Shown piece after piece: positions 36,544-45,701 of a stretch of DNA of 64,000 nt. A program made the translations under genes and the position numbers. The DNA is from Treponemataceae bacterium. Its GTDB lineage: Bacteria > Spirochaetota > Spirochaetia > Treponematales > Rectinemataceae. How positions within the stretch are numbered: position 1 is the first letter of the stretch; each line of letters begins with the position of its first letter. The DNA lies in assembly GCA_963667725.2 (NCBI GenBank), contig CAXXHO010000003.1, positions 640,001 through 704,000 of the forward strand, given 5' to 3'. The notes under the pieces were generated by a model. The model made no database searches and was not told where the DNA came from. It saw only the letters and a program-made list of their open reading frames with translations.

Positions 36544-37910
36544 CGATAACCCCATTGGATGAATTTTCCGCTGCCCGGAAGGGCGAGTATTCCGCCCTCG
36601 CCGTAGACGCGGGATCCCCTGACGAAGGTTTCCTTGATCCTGCCGGCAAGCCGCATGCCCGCGAAAGGCGTTATGCGGCTCTTGCTGTACATCGAAGCCG
36701 GGTCGAGAAGGGTGCTGGCTTCGGGGTCTACGAGGACGAAGTCCGCGTCCTTGCCTTCGGCGAGCGAGCCCTTGCCGCCCGAAATTCCGTAGCGGGCCGC
36801 GGCCGCTCCCGAGGTCGCTTCGAGGAAGCGGGGGAGGCTGAGCCTTTTGGCGAAAAGGCCTTCGGAAAGGAGGTAGGGAAAGAAGGTGCCGGTGCCGGGA
36901 ATGCCGCCATAGGCGCTTAAAGGGTTACCCGTGAATTTTTCATAGTCGGGCGCGCCGGCATGGTCCGACGCCACAAAGGATATCGCGCCTTCCGCGAGCA
37001 GCTTCCAGAGCAGGGCTTTCTGGGAAGCTTCCTTGACAGGCGGGGCGGTCTTGAGCGCCGCCCCCAGGGCTTGGAAATCATCTTCGTCGAAGGCGAGGTA
37101 GTGGCCGCAGGTTTCGCAGCTCGCGCCCGAGGCGGCGACGAGCGCGGCCGCCTCGGCCGTGCCGACGTGGACGATATGGAGCCATCGCGGCCGCGCTCCC
37201 GCAAGCCGCAGCGCGGCGGAACAGGCCGCCGTTTCGGCCTCCATGGGGCGCGAGGCGTAGTAATCCTTCCAAGTGGGAGCCTTTCCGCCTCGAGCCGCGC
37301 CCAGGGCGGCCTCGGCCGCCGTTATCACCGCGGGATCCTCGGCGTGGAGGAGTAGCGGCCTGCCGGCTGCCGCGCAGCGATTATAAGCCCTGGCGAACTG
37401 CTCCGGCGTCACCGCCGTGAAACTTTCCATACCCGACACGAAATAGCACTTGAAGCCGACGACGCGCGAGGCGAGGGCGTCGATCGCCAAATCCATCGAC
37501 GCGTCGTCGAAGAGACCGTTGACGCCGCCGTAAAAGGCGAAATCGACCACGGCGCTTTTCGAGACGATGGCGAGCTTGTTCTTCAGCGCGGCGAGGCTCG
37601 TGACAGGCGGCAGGGAGGTACAGGGCATGTCGATCACCGTCGTCACGCCGCCGCGCGCCGCTTCGGAGCTGCCGTGGAGAAAGTCCTCCCTCTGCGTGAA
37701 TCCCGGTTCGTCGAAGTGGACGTGGGGATCTATGGCTCCGGGGAACATCATGAGCCCGGTGGCGTCGATCGTTTCCTCGTCGGCCGACGATACGTCGGCA
37801 AGGCTTCCCGCGGCGGCGACGCGGGCGATTTTTCCCTCGCGCACGAGAATGTCGACCCTGCAGAAATCCTTTTCGCCGGGCAGGGCGGCCAGGGCGTTCG
37901 CGATCAGCAT
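36540..37910 (-). CDS. Allantoinase-like cyclic amidohydrolase
   Basis: DPHVHFDEPG, GGVTTVIDMP, GFKCY (carboxylated Lys position), HAE, HIVH, ETCGHYL, SDH. Confidence 0.8.
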   Translation of the reverse strand: MLIANALAALPGEKDFCRVDILVREGKIARVAAAGSLADVSSADEETIDATGLMMFPGAIDPHVHFDEPGFTQREDFLHGSSEAARGGVTTVIDMPCTSLPPVTSLAALKNKLAIVSKSAVVDFAFYGGVNGLFDDASMDLAIDALASRVVGFKCYFVSGMESFTAVTPEQFARAYNRCAAAGRPLLLHAEDPAVITAAEAALGAARGGKAPTWKDYYASRPMEAETAACSAALRLAGARPRWLHIVHVGTAEAAALVAASGASCETCGHYLAFDEDDFQALGAALKTAPPVKEASQKALLWKLLAEGAISFVASDHAGAPDYEKFTGNPLSAYGGIPGTGTFFPYLLSEGLFAKRLSLPRFLEATSGAAAARYGISGGKGSLAEGKDADFVLVDPEASTLLDPASMYSKSRITPFAGMRLAGRIKETFVRGSRVYGEGGILALPGSGKFIQWGYR

Positions 37911-40168
37911 AAGCCCTCCCCGTCCAGGAAAGCCTCGATTTTTTCGGGGATGAAGGGAATATCGTAGGTCGTCTTTCCGTCCGGCTTGGCCGCCCGCAGC
38001 GCGTCCAGAACGGCGAAGTACGCCGCTATGCCGTACTGCAGGGGCGGTTCTCCCACAGCCTTCGAGTTGAAGGGAGCGAAGGGATTGTCCATGTCGGACA
38101 TCAATTCTATCTCCAACTTCTCGGGCAGGAAGGAATCGTTCGGGAGCTTGTAGGTCGAGAGCGTATCCGACAAGGGCCTGCCGTCCGCGCCGAAACGGAG
38201 ATCCTCGAGGAGGGTCCAGCCCAAACCCTGGGCGAAGGCGCCCTCAATCTGCCCGATGTCGACGCGCTCGTCCAGGCTGTTGCCCGAGTCGTGGACGATG
38301 GTCGCCGATTCTATCCTGCAGGTTGCGCGAACGAGATCGACCCGCGCCGTGAGACAGGCGGCGCCGTAAACATGATAGGCGAAGGGCGTCCCGCGCTCGG
38401 CCTTCATATCGTAAAAAAGCCCCGGCGTCGAATAGAAACCGTGAGCCGAGAGATCTATCCTCGCCTCGTTCGCGGCCGCGACGAGTTCGTTCCAGCCGAG
38501 CGCGCTCGATTTCCTTTCGACGAGGATCTTTCCGTCCTTTATCTCGATCGAAGAGGGATCGACGTCGAGCATGGACGCAGCTTTCGCCGTCAGCCTCGTC
38601 TTGATTTTCTCGCAGGCGATTTTAGCCGCCATGCCGTTGAGGTCGCTGCCCGTGCTCGCCGCCGTGGGGACGGTGTTGGCCACGGTCAGTGTCGTGGTGC
38701 GTTCCACGGAAACCCTTTCCTGGGGAATGCCCAGGGTTCTCGCGGCGATCAGCGCGATTTTCCGCGACACCTGCTGGCCCATCTCGATGGCGCCCGTCGA
38801 GACGAGGACTGAGCCGTCCGTGTACACATGCACGAGGGCTCCCGCCTGGTTCATCGGCAGCTTCGTGAAGGAAATACCGAAACAGAGGGGAAGAATGGCT
38901 GCGCCTCTCTTTTCCAGGCTGTTCGAGGTGTTGAAGGCCTCGATGTCGACGCGAAGCTCCTTCCAGGAGACTTTTTCGAGAAGCCTGTCGAAGGACTCCC
39001 CGGCGCGTACGCGCTCGAGGGGCATGCCGAAATAGGTGGAATCCCCTTCGCGGTAGAGATTCCTGCGCTGGAGTTCGACCCTGTCTATTCCCATGGAGCG
39101 AGCGAGAGCGTCCAGGGCGGCTTCTATGACGAAGAAGCCCTGAGGAGCCCCGAAACCGCGGAAGGCGGTGAAAGAGGGCAGGTTCGTGCGGCACATGTTG
39201 CCCGTCACCCTCACGTTGGGAATTTTATAGGCGCCCGTCGCGTGGAGGAGGGTTCTGGAGAGAATGGCGGGAGAAAGGTCGCAGGAGCAGCCGGAGTTCT
39301 GGTAGTAGTCGGCCTCGAAAGCCAGAAGCCTTCCGTCGGCGTCGGCGCCGATCCGGAAATCGCTCGAGTAGGGATGCCTTTTGCCTGTGGCCTGCATATC
39401 CACGCGCCGGTCGAGGTAGAGCTTGACGGGTTTTCTGCTCACCCAGGCTCCCAGCGCCGCGAGGGAGCCCCATATGGCGGCCTGGTCTTCCTTGCCGCCG
39501 AAGCCTCCGCCCAGGCGGCGAGCCTCCACTTCCACCATGTTCATGGCAAGGCCCAGGGACTGCGCCACGGCGCGCTGGACGCCGGTCGGACCCTGCGTGC
39601 TCGAAATGATAAAGACCTTTCTGTCATCGCGGATCTCCGCGTAAGCACCCTGCGTTTCAAGGTAGACATGCTCCTGGCCGCCCGAATCCACTCGCCCCGA
39701 GATTACATGGACGCAGCTCGCGAAAGCGGATTCGGGCTCTCCGCACTTGATCGTCCGCGAGGGCAGTATGAAATCGGCGGCGGCCGCCGCTTCCCTCGGA
39801 TCGAACAGGGCCGGCAAGTTCTCGCCGCTGACCCGGACGGCGGCGGCCGCTCTCCTCGCGAGCGAGCGCGTCTTCGCGAGCACGAGCGCTATAGGCTGCC
39901 CCCAGTATTCCCATTCTTCGGCGGGAAGGAGGGGCTCATCCGGCTTGTTGAAGCCTATCTGATTCTGGCCCGGAACATCCCTGGCCGTGATCACCCTGAC
40001 CGACGGGTCGAGGGCGAGGGCCGCCGAGGCATCGATGGAGAGTATTCGGCCGTGCGCGCTCTCGGAAAGCTTCGCCGCGGCCTGAAGGCAGTCCTTGGGC
40101 TCGGGCAGGTCGTCGATATATTTTGTGGCGCCCCTCAAATTCAGGGCGGATTCGGCTATGGTTTTCAT
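37904..40168 (-). CDS. xdhB: Xanthine dehydrogenase molybdopterin subunit
   Basis: QEHVYLET, RLGGGFGGKE, AFRGFGAPQG, FGISFT, EMGQ, TAASTGSDLNG, KAVGEPP. Confidence 0.9.
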   Translation of the reverse strand: MKTIAESALNLRGATKYIDDLPEPKDCLQAAAKLSESAHGRILSIDASAALALDPSVRVITARDVPGQNQIGFNKPDEPLLPAEEWEYWGQPIALVLAKTRSLARRAAAAVRVSGENLPALFDPREAAAAADFILPSRTIKCGEPESAFASCVHVISGRVDSGGQEHVYLETQGAYAEIRDDRKVFIISSTQGPTGVQRAVAQSLGLAMNMVEVEARRLGGGFGGKEDQAAIWGSLAALGAWVSRKPVKLYLDRRVDMQATGKRHPYSSDFRIGADADGRLLAFEADYYQNSGCSCDLSPAILSRTLLHATGAYKIPNVRVTGNMCRTNLPSFTAFRGFGAPQGFFVIEAALDALARSMGIDRVELQRRNLYREGDSTYFGMPLERVRAGESFDRLLEKVSWKELRVDIEAFNTSNSLEKRGAAILPLCFGISFTKLPMNQAGALVHVYTDGSVLVSTGAIEMGQQVSRKIALIAARTLGIPQERVSVERTTTLTVANTVPTAASTGSDLNGMAAKIACEKIKTRLTAKAASMLDVDPSSIEIKDGKILVERKSSALGWNELVAAANEARIDLSAHGFYSTPGLFYDMKAERGTPFAYHVYGAACLTARVDLVRATCRIESATIVHDSGNSLDERVDIGQIEGAFAQGLGWTLLEDLRFGADGRPLSDTLSTYKLPNDSFLPEKLEIELMSDMDNPFAPFNSKAVGEPPLQYGIAAYFAVLDALRAAKPDGKTTYDIPFIPEKIEAFLDGEGLC

Positions 40169-41763
40169 GGGAACAGCTCCTTCGCGATGCCGTCGGCGCC
40201 GAAGAGGCGGATGAAATGGGCCAGCATGAGCCTGCCCGTCATCCGCCTCCGGTAGGAAGCCGAGCCGCGAACGTCGCCGATGGGCGAGATTTCGGCTTCG
40301 GCGGCCGAGCCGACCTCCCTGGCGAGTCTGGCCAGAGCCTTCGCGTCATTCCTGTCGATCGCCGCTCCTTCCAGCGCCGCCGAAGCCTTCCTCAGCAGCG
40401 TCGGAACGGCGGCGACGCCGCCGGCGCTTATCCTGACTCCGCGCGCGAAGCCCTCCTCGACGCGGAAAGAGATGGCCGTATTGACCGCCGCGATATCGAG
40501 TCTTTCCCTTTTCGCGATCTTCTCGAAGGAAAACAGAAGCCTTGGTTTTGTTCCTGGAACGCCCGATTGGCCGCCTGATTCATCGTGGCTTATCAGCCCG
40601 TCCGGGATCAGAATAGCACGTATGATCTCGTTTTTCCGGAGTGCCGTCGTCTTATAGCCAGTGAAAAAATCCTCGATGGGAATTAACCGCGATCCGGCTT
40701 CAGCCCCCGCGGTCGCGCCGGTGTACCCGCCCGATGGAGCTGCGTACCCGCCGATTTCCAGCCTCGCCCCCAGAGCCATCAGCATCGAGGTGATGTCCCC
40801 CACGGGCGAAGCGTTGGCGATATTGCCCCCTACGGTGGCGATATTCCTGATCAGCGTGCTAGCGAACTGCCCTTCATAGGCATCAATGCCAGGGATGGCT
40901 TCCCGCACCGGCATCGAGGCGAAAAAATCGCGCAGGGTGACGGCGGCGCCTATCCTCAGCCATGGAGAACCGTCCAAATTTGTTCGGGCTATTTTCCTGA
41001 AATCATCGATCGAGCGGAGGCGGAGAGGCCTGAAATCGCCGGCCGGATAGGGATTTTTGACATAGTAGTCGGTTCCGCCGCCCAAGGCGATGAAGTCGGT
41101 CGCCCCCTGCGAGTCGGCTGCCGCGGACAGGCCTGCCGCCTCCGCCATAAACACGAGGACGGAACGTGGCAGCACGCTTTTCTCCACGAGCACCTTCAGC
41201 CGCTCCATGGGGTCCCGCGGCAGTTCTCCGAACTCCCTCGCGAGGCGCTCGGCAGCTCTCCTTATGGCGCCATACCCGGTGCATCGGCACAGGTTGCCAT
41301 CCGCGGCGATCATGGCTCCCGCCAAATCCGGCTTGCCCGGACCCGCAAGCCAGGCGCTCAGGCTGACAATGAAACCAGGGCTGCAGAATCCGCACTGGCT
41401 CGCGTTCTCCTCCAGAAAGGCCCGCATCACGGGAGTCAGTCCCCCCGGCGCCGAAGCGCTCAAACCTTCGATCGTTACTAGGTGTTTCCCGGCGAGATCG
41501 CCCAGCGACAGAAGGCAGGAGGGTACAGCCAGGTATCGCGGCGCGCCTCCGTTGCAGTCGCCTCCGCCCGCGGCGCCTCCGCAGCAGCCGTCAACAACGA
41601 ATTCCCCCACCAGCACGGCGCAGGCGCCGCAGTCGCCCTCCCTGCAGCCTTCCTTCGTTCCCGTCAGGCCCATCTCCCCTCGTATGAAATCGAGAGCGGG
41701 CGTGCCGGGTCCCGTCTTCGGTTCGACCCATGTGTCATTCACGAATATCCTGAACGTTTCCAT
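40165..41763 (-). CDS. xdhA: Xanthine dehydrogenase small subunit (2x[2Fe-2S] + FAD)
   Basis: GTKEGCREGDCGAC, QCGFCSPG, GNLCRCTGY, GGGTD, IRNIATVGGNIANASPVGD, DVRGSASYR. Confidence 0.9.
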   Translation of the reverse strand: METFRIFVNDTWVEPKTGPGTPALDFIRGEMGLTGTKEGCREGDCGACAVLVGEFVVDGCCGGAAGGGDCNGGAPRYLAVPSCLLSLGDLAGKHLVTIEGLSASAPGGLTPVMRAFLEENASQCGFCSPGFIVSLSAWLAGPGKPDLAGAMIAADGNLCRCTGYGAIRRAAERLAREFGELPRDPMERLKVLVEKSVLPRSVLVFMAEAAGLSAAADSQGATDFIALGGGTDYYVKNPYPAGDFRPLRLRSIDDFRKIARTNLDGSPWLRIGAAVTLRDFFASMPVREAIPGIDAYEGQFASTLIRNIATVGGNIANASPVGDITSMLMALGARLEIGGYAAPSGGYTGATAGAEAGSRLIPIEDFFTGYKTTALRKNEIIRAILIPDGLISHDESGGQSGVPGTKPRLLFSFEKIAKRERLDIAAVNTAISFRVEEGFARGVRISAGGVAAVPTLLRKASAALEGAAIDRNDAKALARLAREVGSAAEAEISPIGDVRGSASYRRRMTGRLMLAHFIRLFGADGIAKELFP

Positions 41764-41788
41764 CGTTACTATCTATTCCTTGTCCGCT

Positions 41789-43513
41789 TTATTCTCGCTC
41801 ATTCACATAGAGATCCACCGGCGCGAAGCGGTCCACGTCGATAAGCCCCACATCAGTGATCTTGAGACTAGAGATCACGGGCAGGGCCATGAAAGAAAGG
41901 GTCATCAGCGGCGAATGGTTCGTCAAGCCTTCGCGGATGAATATTCCCTCGAAAGCGCGAAGCCTCTCGATGACGAAGTCGGCGTTTTGATCGCTCATGA
42001 GGCCGGCTACAGGAAGCGGGAGATCGAGGATTATGTCGTTGCCCACGGCATAGACGAGACCGCCCTTTATCTTGTTGAGGTGCCGGGCCGCCTTGAAAAT
42101 GGAGGTGTTGTCCACGCCAGCGATGATCATGTTGTGCGAGTCGTGGCTGATCGTGCCGCCGATGGCGCCGCGCTTCAGGCCGAGCCCCTTTATGAAACCC
42201 TTGCCGATCCGCCCCGAGCCGATGTGACGCTCGATGACGAATATCTTGATGAGGTCCCGATCCGGATCGGAGACGCATTCGCCGTTCCTTACCGTCGGCT
42301 TTTCCACGAGATGGCCGGTGATGATGGAATCCTGCCTGGCCTCGATGACGCGGATCTTCTTGCCTTGGTCGGGGATGACGAAATCCCCCGCCGTAAGCCA
42401 CTTGATGTTTACCGAGTCCCGGAGCGAAACCTGACGCGGCGGGAAATTTTCCAGGAGAACGCCGTTTTCGGCGATGAGGCGGCCGCGCTTGAACACCATC
42501 TCAGCCCTGAAATCCTCGAATGAGGAAAAAGCGACGAAATCGGCCTTGCATCCCGGCGCGATCACGCCGATGTCTTTCATCCCGAACCATTGGGCGGGGT
42601 TGGCCGCCGCTATCCTGAAGGCGTCCACGGGCGCCACGCCCCCCGCGAGGAGAAGCCTGAGCGCGTGGTCCATGTGACCTTCGTCGCGCAGGTCGTTGGA
42701 ATGCCTGTCGTCCGAGCAGATCATGAATCTGGATATCGAGGAAGGCGTTATGGCAGGGATGAGATGACCCAGGTCGCGGGCCGTCGAGCCCTCCCTGAGC
42801 ATGATGTACATGCCCTTGGACAGCTTTTCCGCCGCTTCCGCGGGCGTTGTGCACTCGTGATCCGAGCCGATTCCGGCCAGTATGTACGCCGAGAGAGCCG
42901 CCCCCGAAAGCCCTGGTGCGTGTCCGTCCACGGGTTTTCGAGCGTTCGTGAAGAGGGCGATCTTGTCCATGAGACGCTGCTCGCGCGCCAGGACGCCCGG
43001 GTAATTCATCACTTCGCCCAGGCCGAGAACCCGCTTGTCCTGGAGAAAAGGGTACATGTCGGAAGCGTAGAGCGCGGCGCCGGCCGTATCGAACTCGGTG
43101 GCCGGCACGCAGGACGGGACCATGAAGAAAATATCGAGGGGAAGGTTGTCCGAGGCCGCCAGCATGAAGCGCATGCCGTCGTAGCCCATGACGTTGACGA
43201 TTTCGTGAGGATCGGCCACCACCGTCGTGGTGCCGTGGGGCAGGACGACGCGGGAATATTCTGCCGGGGTGAGCAGCGACGATTCGATATGGACATGGGC
43301 ATCCACGAGACCCGGGGCGAGGAATTTTCCGCCCAGATCGATCTCGGCCCTGGCTTCGAGACCGTCGTTCACGCCGACGATCCTGCCGCTGCGAACCGAT
43401 ACCGTGGCCTTCGCGATGAAGGTCCCGCCGAGCACGTCGACGATCGTGCAGTTTCTGATGTTGAGGTCGCACGGAACCTTTCCGGCCGCGGTATCGATTA
43501 GGTCTTTGTTCAT
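41789..43513 (-). CDS. ade: Adenine deaminase
   Basis: DAHVHIESS, DPHEI.NV, GEVMN, DGHAP, DHEC, REGS, SDDRH, SHDSHN. Confidence 0.94.
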   Translation of the reverse strand: MNKDLIDTAAGKVPCDLNIRNCTIVDVLGGTFIAKATVSVRSGRIVGVNDGLEARAEIDLGGKFLAPGLVDAHVHIESSLLTPAEYSRVVLPHGTTTVVADPHEIVNVMGYDGMRFMLAASDNLPLDIFFMVPSCVPATEFDTAGAALYASDMYPFLQDKRVLGLGEVMNYPGVLAREQRLMDKIALFTNARKPVDGHAPGLSGAALSAYILAGIGSDHECTTPAEAAEKLSKGMYIMLREGSTARDLGHLIPAITPSSISRFMICSDDRHSNDLRDEGHMDHALRLLLAGGVAPVDAFRIAAANPAQWFGMKDIGVIAPGCKADFVAFSSFEDFRAEMVFKRGRLIAENGVLLENFPPRQVSLRDSVNIKWLTAGDFVIPDQGKKIRVIEARQDSIITGHLVEKPTVRNGECVSDPDRDLIKIFVIERHIGSGRIGKGFIKGLGLKRGAIGGTISHDSHNMIIAGVDNTSIFKAARHLNKIKGGLVYAVGNDIILDLPLPVAGLMSDQNADFVIERLRAFEGIFIREGLTNHSPLMTLSFMALPVISSLKITDVGLIDVDRFAPVDLYVNERE

Positions 43514-43544
43514 GCCCGCTCCTCCTCAGAATGCTTAGCTCTCA

Positions 43545-43573
43545 ATGATAGCCGGAAAGCCCTCGGCGCGCAA
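43545..43573 (-). promoter_or_regulatory. Sigma70-like promoter of the ade-xdhAB-ygfK-ssnA-ygeY operon
   Basis: Minus strand TTGCGC-N17-TATCAT upstream of the GAGGAGGAG RBS. Confidence 0.55.
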
Positions 43574-43599
43574 TGTTTTTCTATGGAAGGCGGGTCATG

Positions 43600-43626
43600 A
43601 AAAAGGGCGTTCCCTCGGGAACGCCC
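43600..43626 (-). terminator. Rho-independent terminator after the ABC permeases
   Basis: Minus strand GGGCGTTCCC-GA-GGGAACGCCC-TTTTT. Confidence 0.8.
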
Positions 43627-43650
43627 AGTCGTCGCGTCGCCGGAATTCCC

Positions 43651-44604
43651 CTACTTGTCTTCCCTCATATAGGCCTTGCTTAAGGCGGCGGGCGCCCCGA
43701 TCTTCTTCGACAGAGCCTCCCACCAGGTCATGAGCACGAGCACGGCGATCGTCCCCAGATAGGGGAGCATATTGAGGAAGGCGGCGGGGATGTTGGTGCC
43801 CGAAGCCTGGAGCCTGAACTGGACGGCGTTGATTCCGCCGAAAAGCAGGGCGCCCCAGATCGAGCGCGCCGGATTCCACATCGAGAAGATTACGAGGGCC
43901 ACGACGATCCATCCCCGGCCGCCCGTGATGTTCTCGGACCAGCCCGGCGTGTAGGAGAGCGAGAGGTGAGCGCCTCCCAAACCCATGAGGGCGCCCCCAA
44001 GGATCGTGTAGAGATACTTGGACTTGATGACGTCGATGCCCATGGCGTCGGCTGTCTGCGGGTCCTCCCCGATGGAGCGGAGCCACAGGCCGGGCCGCGT
44101 CTTGTAGAGGTAGAACCAGGAAATCGGTATGAGAAGGTAGACGGCATAGGTCAGGATGTCCTGGCTGAAGAGGGCCCCGAGTATGGGAACCTCGGCGACG
44201 GCTTCGAGCTTCAGGGGCGTGAATTTCGCGGCCTTCAGTCCCATGAGGCGCAGGCTGTTGGAGGCCGGTCCCAGGCGCTGGCCGAGGAAGCTCGAGAAGC
44301 CCGTGCCGAAAAGCGTGATCGAGAGGCCGGAGACTACCTGGTTCGCGCGCATAGTCACGGTGAGAAAGGCATGGACCGTCGCCATGGCCGCGCCTACGGC
44401 CGCGGCCACGAGGAGGGCGACCACGAGATTCTGGCTGTAGAAGGAAGCCGCGAAACTCGTCACCGCGCCCATGAGCATGATGCCCTCGATGCCCAGGTTG
44501 AGGATTCCCGCCCGCTCGGTCAGAATCTCGCCAATAGTGGCGAAGATGAGGCTCGTGCCCGCCCTCACCGTGATCGCGAGAATCGAAGTGATAAGGTCCA
44601 TCAC
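43651..44604 (-). CDS. Nucleoside/purine ABC permease
   Basis: GEILTERAGILNLGIEG, ANQVVSG, GRGWI, MLPYL, PAAL. Confidence 0.9.
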   Translation of the reverse strand: MMDLITSILAITVRAGTSLIFATIGEILTERAGILNLGIEGIMLMGAVTSFAASFYSQNLVVALLVAAAVGAAMATVHAFLTVTMRANQVVSGLSITLFGTGFSSFLGQRLGPASNSLRLMGLKAAKFTPLKLEAVAEVPILGALFSQDILTYAVYLLIPISWFYLYKTRPGLWLRSIGEDPQTADAMGIDVIKSKYLYTILGGALMGLGGAHLSLSYTPGWSENITGGRGWIVVALVIFSMWNPARSIWGALLFGGINAVQFRLQASGTNIPAAFLNMLPYLGTIAVLVLMTWWEALSKKIGAPAALSKAYMREDK

Positions 44605-45701
44605 GCTTCTCCTTCGACGCAGGCGTCCCTCTGGCCTCGCTTGCCGCGCCCAATTCTCTTTATCCTGTACTCGGTGAAAAGGGAGCCGGCCAGCATGGGG
44701 AAGAGGATGAGGCCCTGCATCACTGTGCCCATGGCGGAAGGCAGTCCCATCATGAGCTGGACCTGGTCGCCGCCGACGAGGATGCCTCCCATAAGCAGGG
44801 CGACGAAGGGAATGGCGATGGGGTTCAGCTGGGACATCCAGGCGATGATGATGGCCGTGAAGCCGTAGCCCAGGTTGAGCCCCTGCTGGAGCCGGTGCGA
44901 GATGCCCGTCACCTCGCAGGCGCCGGCCAGGCCGCAGAATGCTCCCGAAAGGATGACGGCGAGGAAGATATTGCGCTTCACCGCTATGCCCTGATATCGC
45001 GCGGCCTTGGGGCTAGCCCCTATGATCGTCAGCTCGAAGCCCCAGCGCGTCCGTTTGATCACGATCCAGAGAATGACGGCGAGGACGAGAGCGAAGTAGA
45101 TGCCGACGTGCGCCCGCCCGAACAGCCTCGGCAGCCATGCCGTCTCGGGGAAGGGCGCCGAACCCGGGAATCCGTAGCCCTTGGGATCGCGCCAGGGGCC
45201 GTAGTAGAGGTATTCTGCGAAGAGAATCGCCACATAGTTGAGCATCAGGGTGACGAGGGTCTCGTCCACGTTGAGTCTCGTCTTGAGGAAGGCGGGAATG
45301 CTCGCCCAGAGCGCTCCTCCTACGCAGCCGACGATGAGGCAGGCAGGGAGGACGAGGGAGGGAGGAAGACCCGCGCTTTGGAACAGGGCCACCCAGGCCG
45401 CCGCGATGCCGCCGAGCATCAGCTGTCCTTCGGCGCCGATATTCCAGAACTTGAGCTTGAAGGCGAGGGCGACGCCCAGGCCTGTCAGCATCAGGGGAAT
45501 GGCCTTTACGAGGGTTTCCGAAAAGCCGTTGGCCGAACCGAAGGCTCCCTGGAACATCGCGGCGAAGGTCGTGAATGGATTCGTGCGGAAGATGAATAGA
45601 ACCAGGCCCGTCAGGATCAGCGAAACCATGAAGGACGCCGCCGGCACCACGAAAAGAGCCGTCCTGGATATGGATTTTCGTTTTTCGAAGACTATTTTCA
45701 T
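44601..45701 (-). CDS. Nucleoside/purine ABC permease
   Basis: WNIGAEGQ, TLMLNYVA, GYGFTAI. Confidence 0.9.
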   Translation of the reverse strand: MKIVFEKRKSISRTALFVVPAASFMVSLILTGLVLFIFRTNPFTTFAAMFQGAFGSANGFSETLVKAIPLMLTGLGVALAFKLKFWNIGAEGQLMLGGIAAAWVALFQSAGLPPSLVLPACLIVGCVGGALWASIPAFLKTRLNVDETLVTLMLNYVAILFAEYLYYGPWRDPKGYGFPGSAPFPETAWLPRLFGRAHVGIYFALVLAVILWIVIKRTRWGFELTIIGASPKAARYQGIAVKRNIFLAVILSGAFCGLAGACEVTGISHRLQQGLNLGYGFTAIIIAWMSQLNPIAIPFVALLMGGILVGGDQVQLMMGLPSAMGTVMQGLILFPMLAGSLFTEYRIKRIGRGKRGQRDACVEGEA

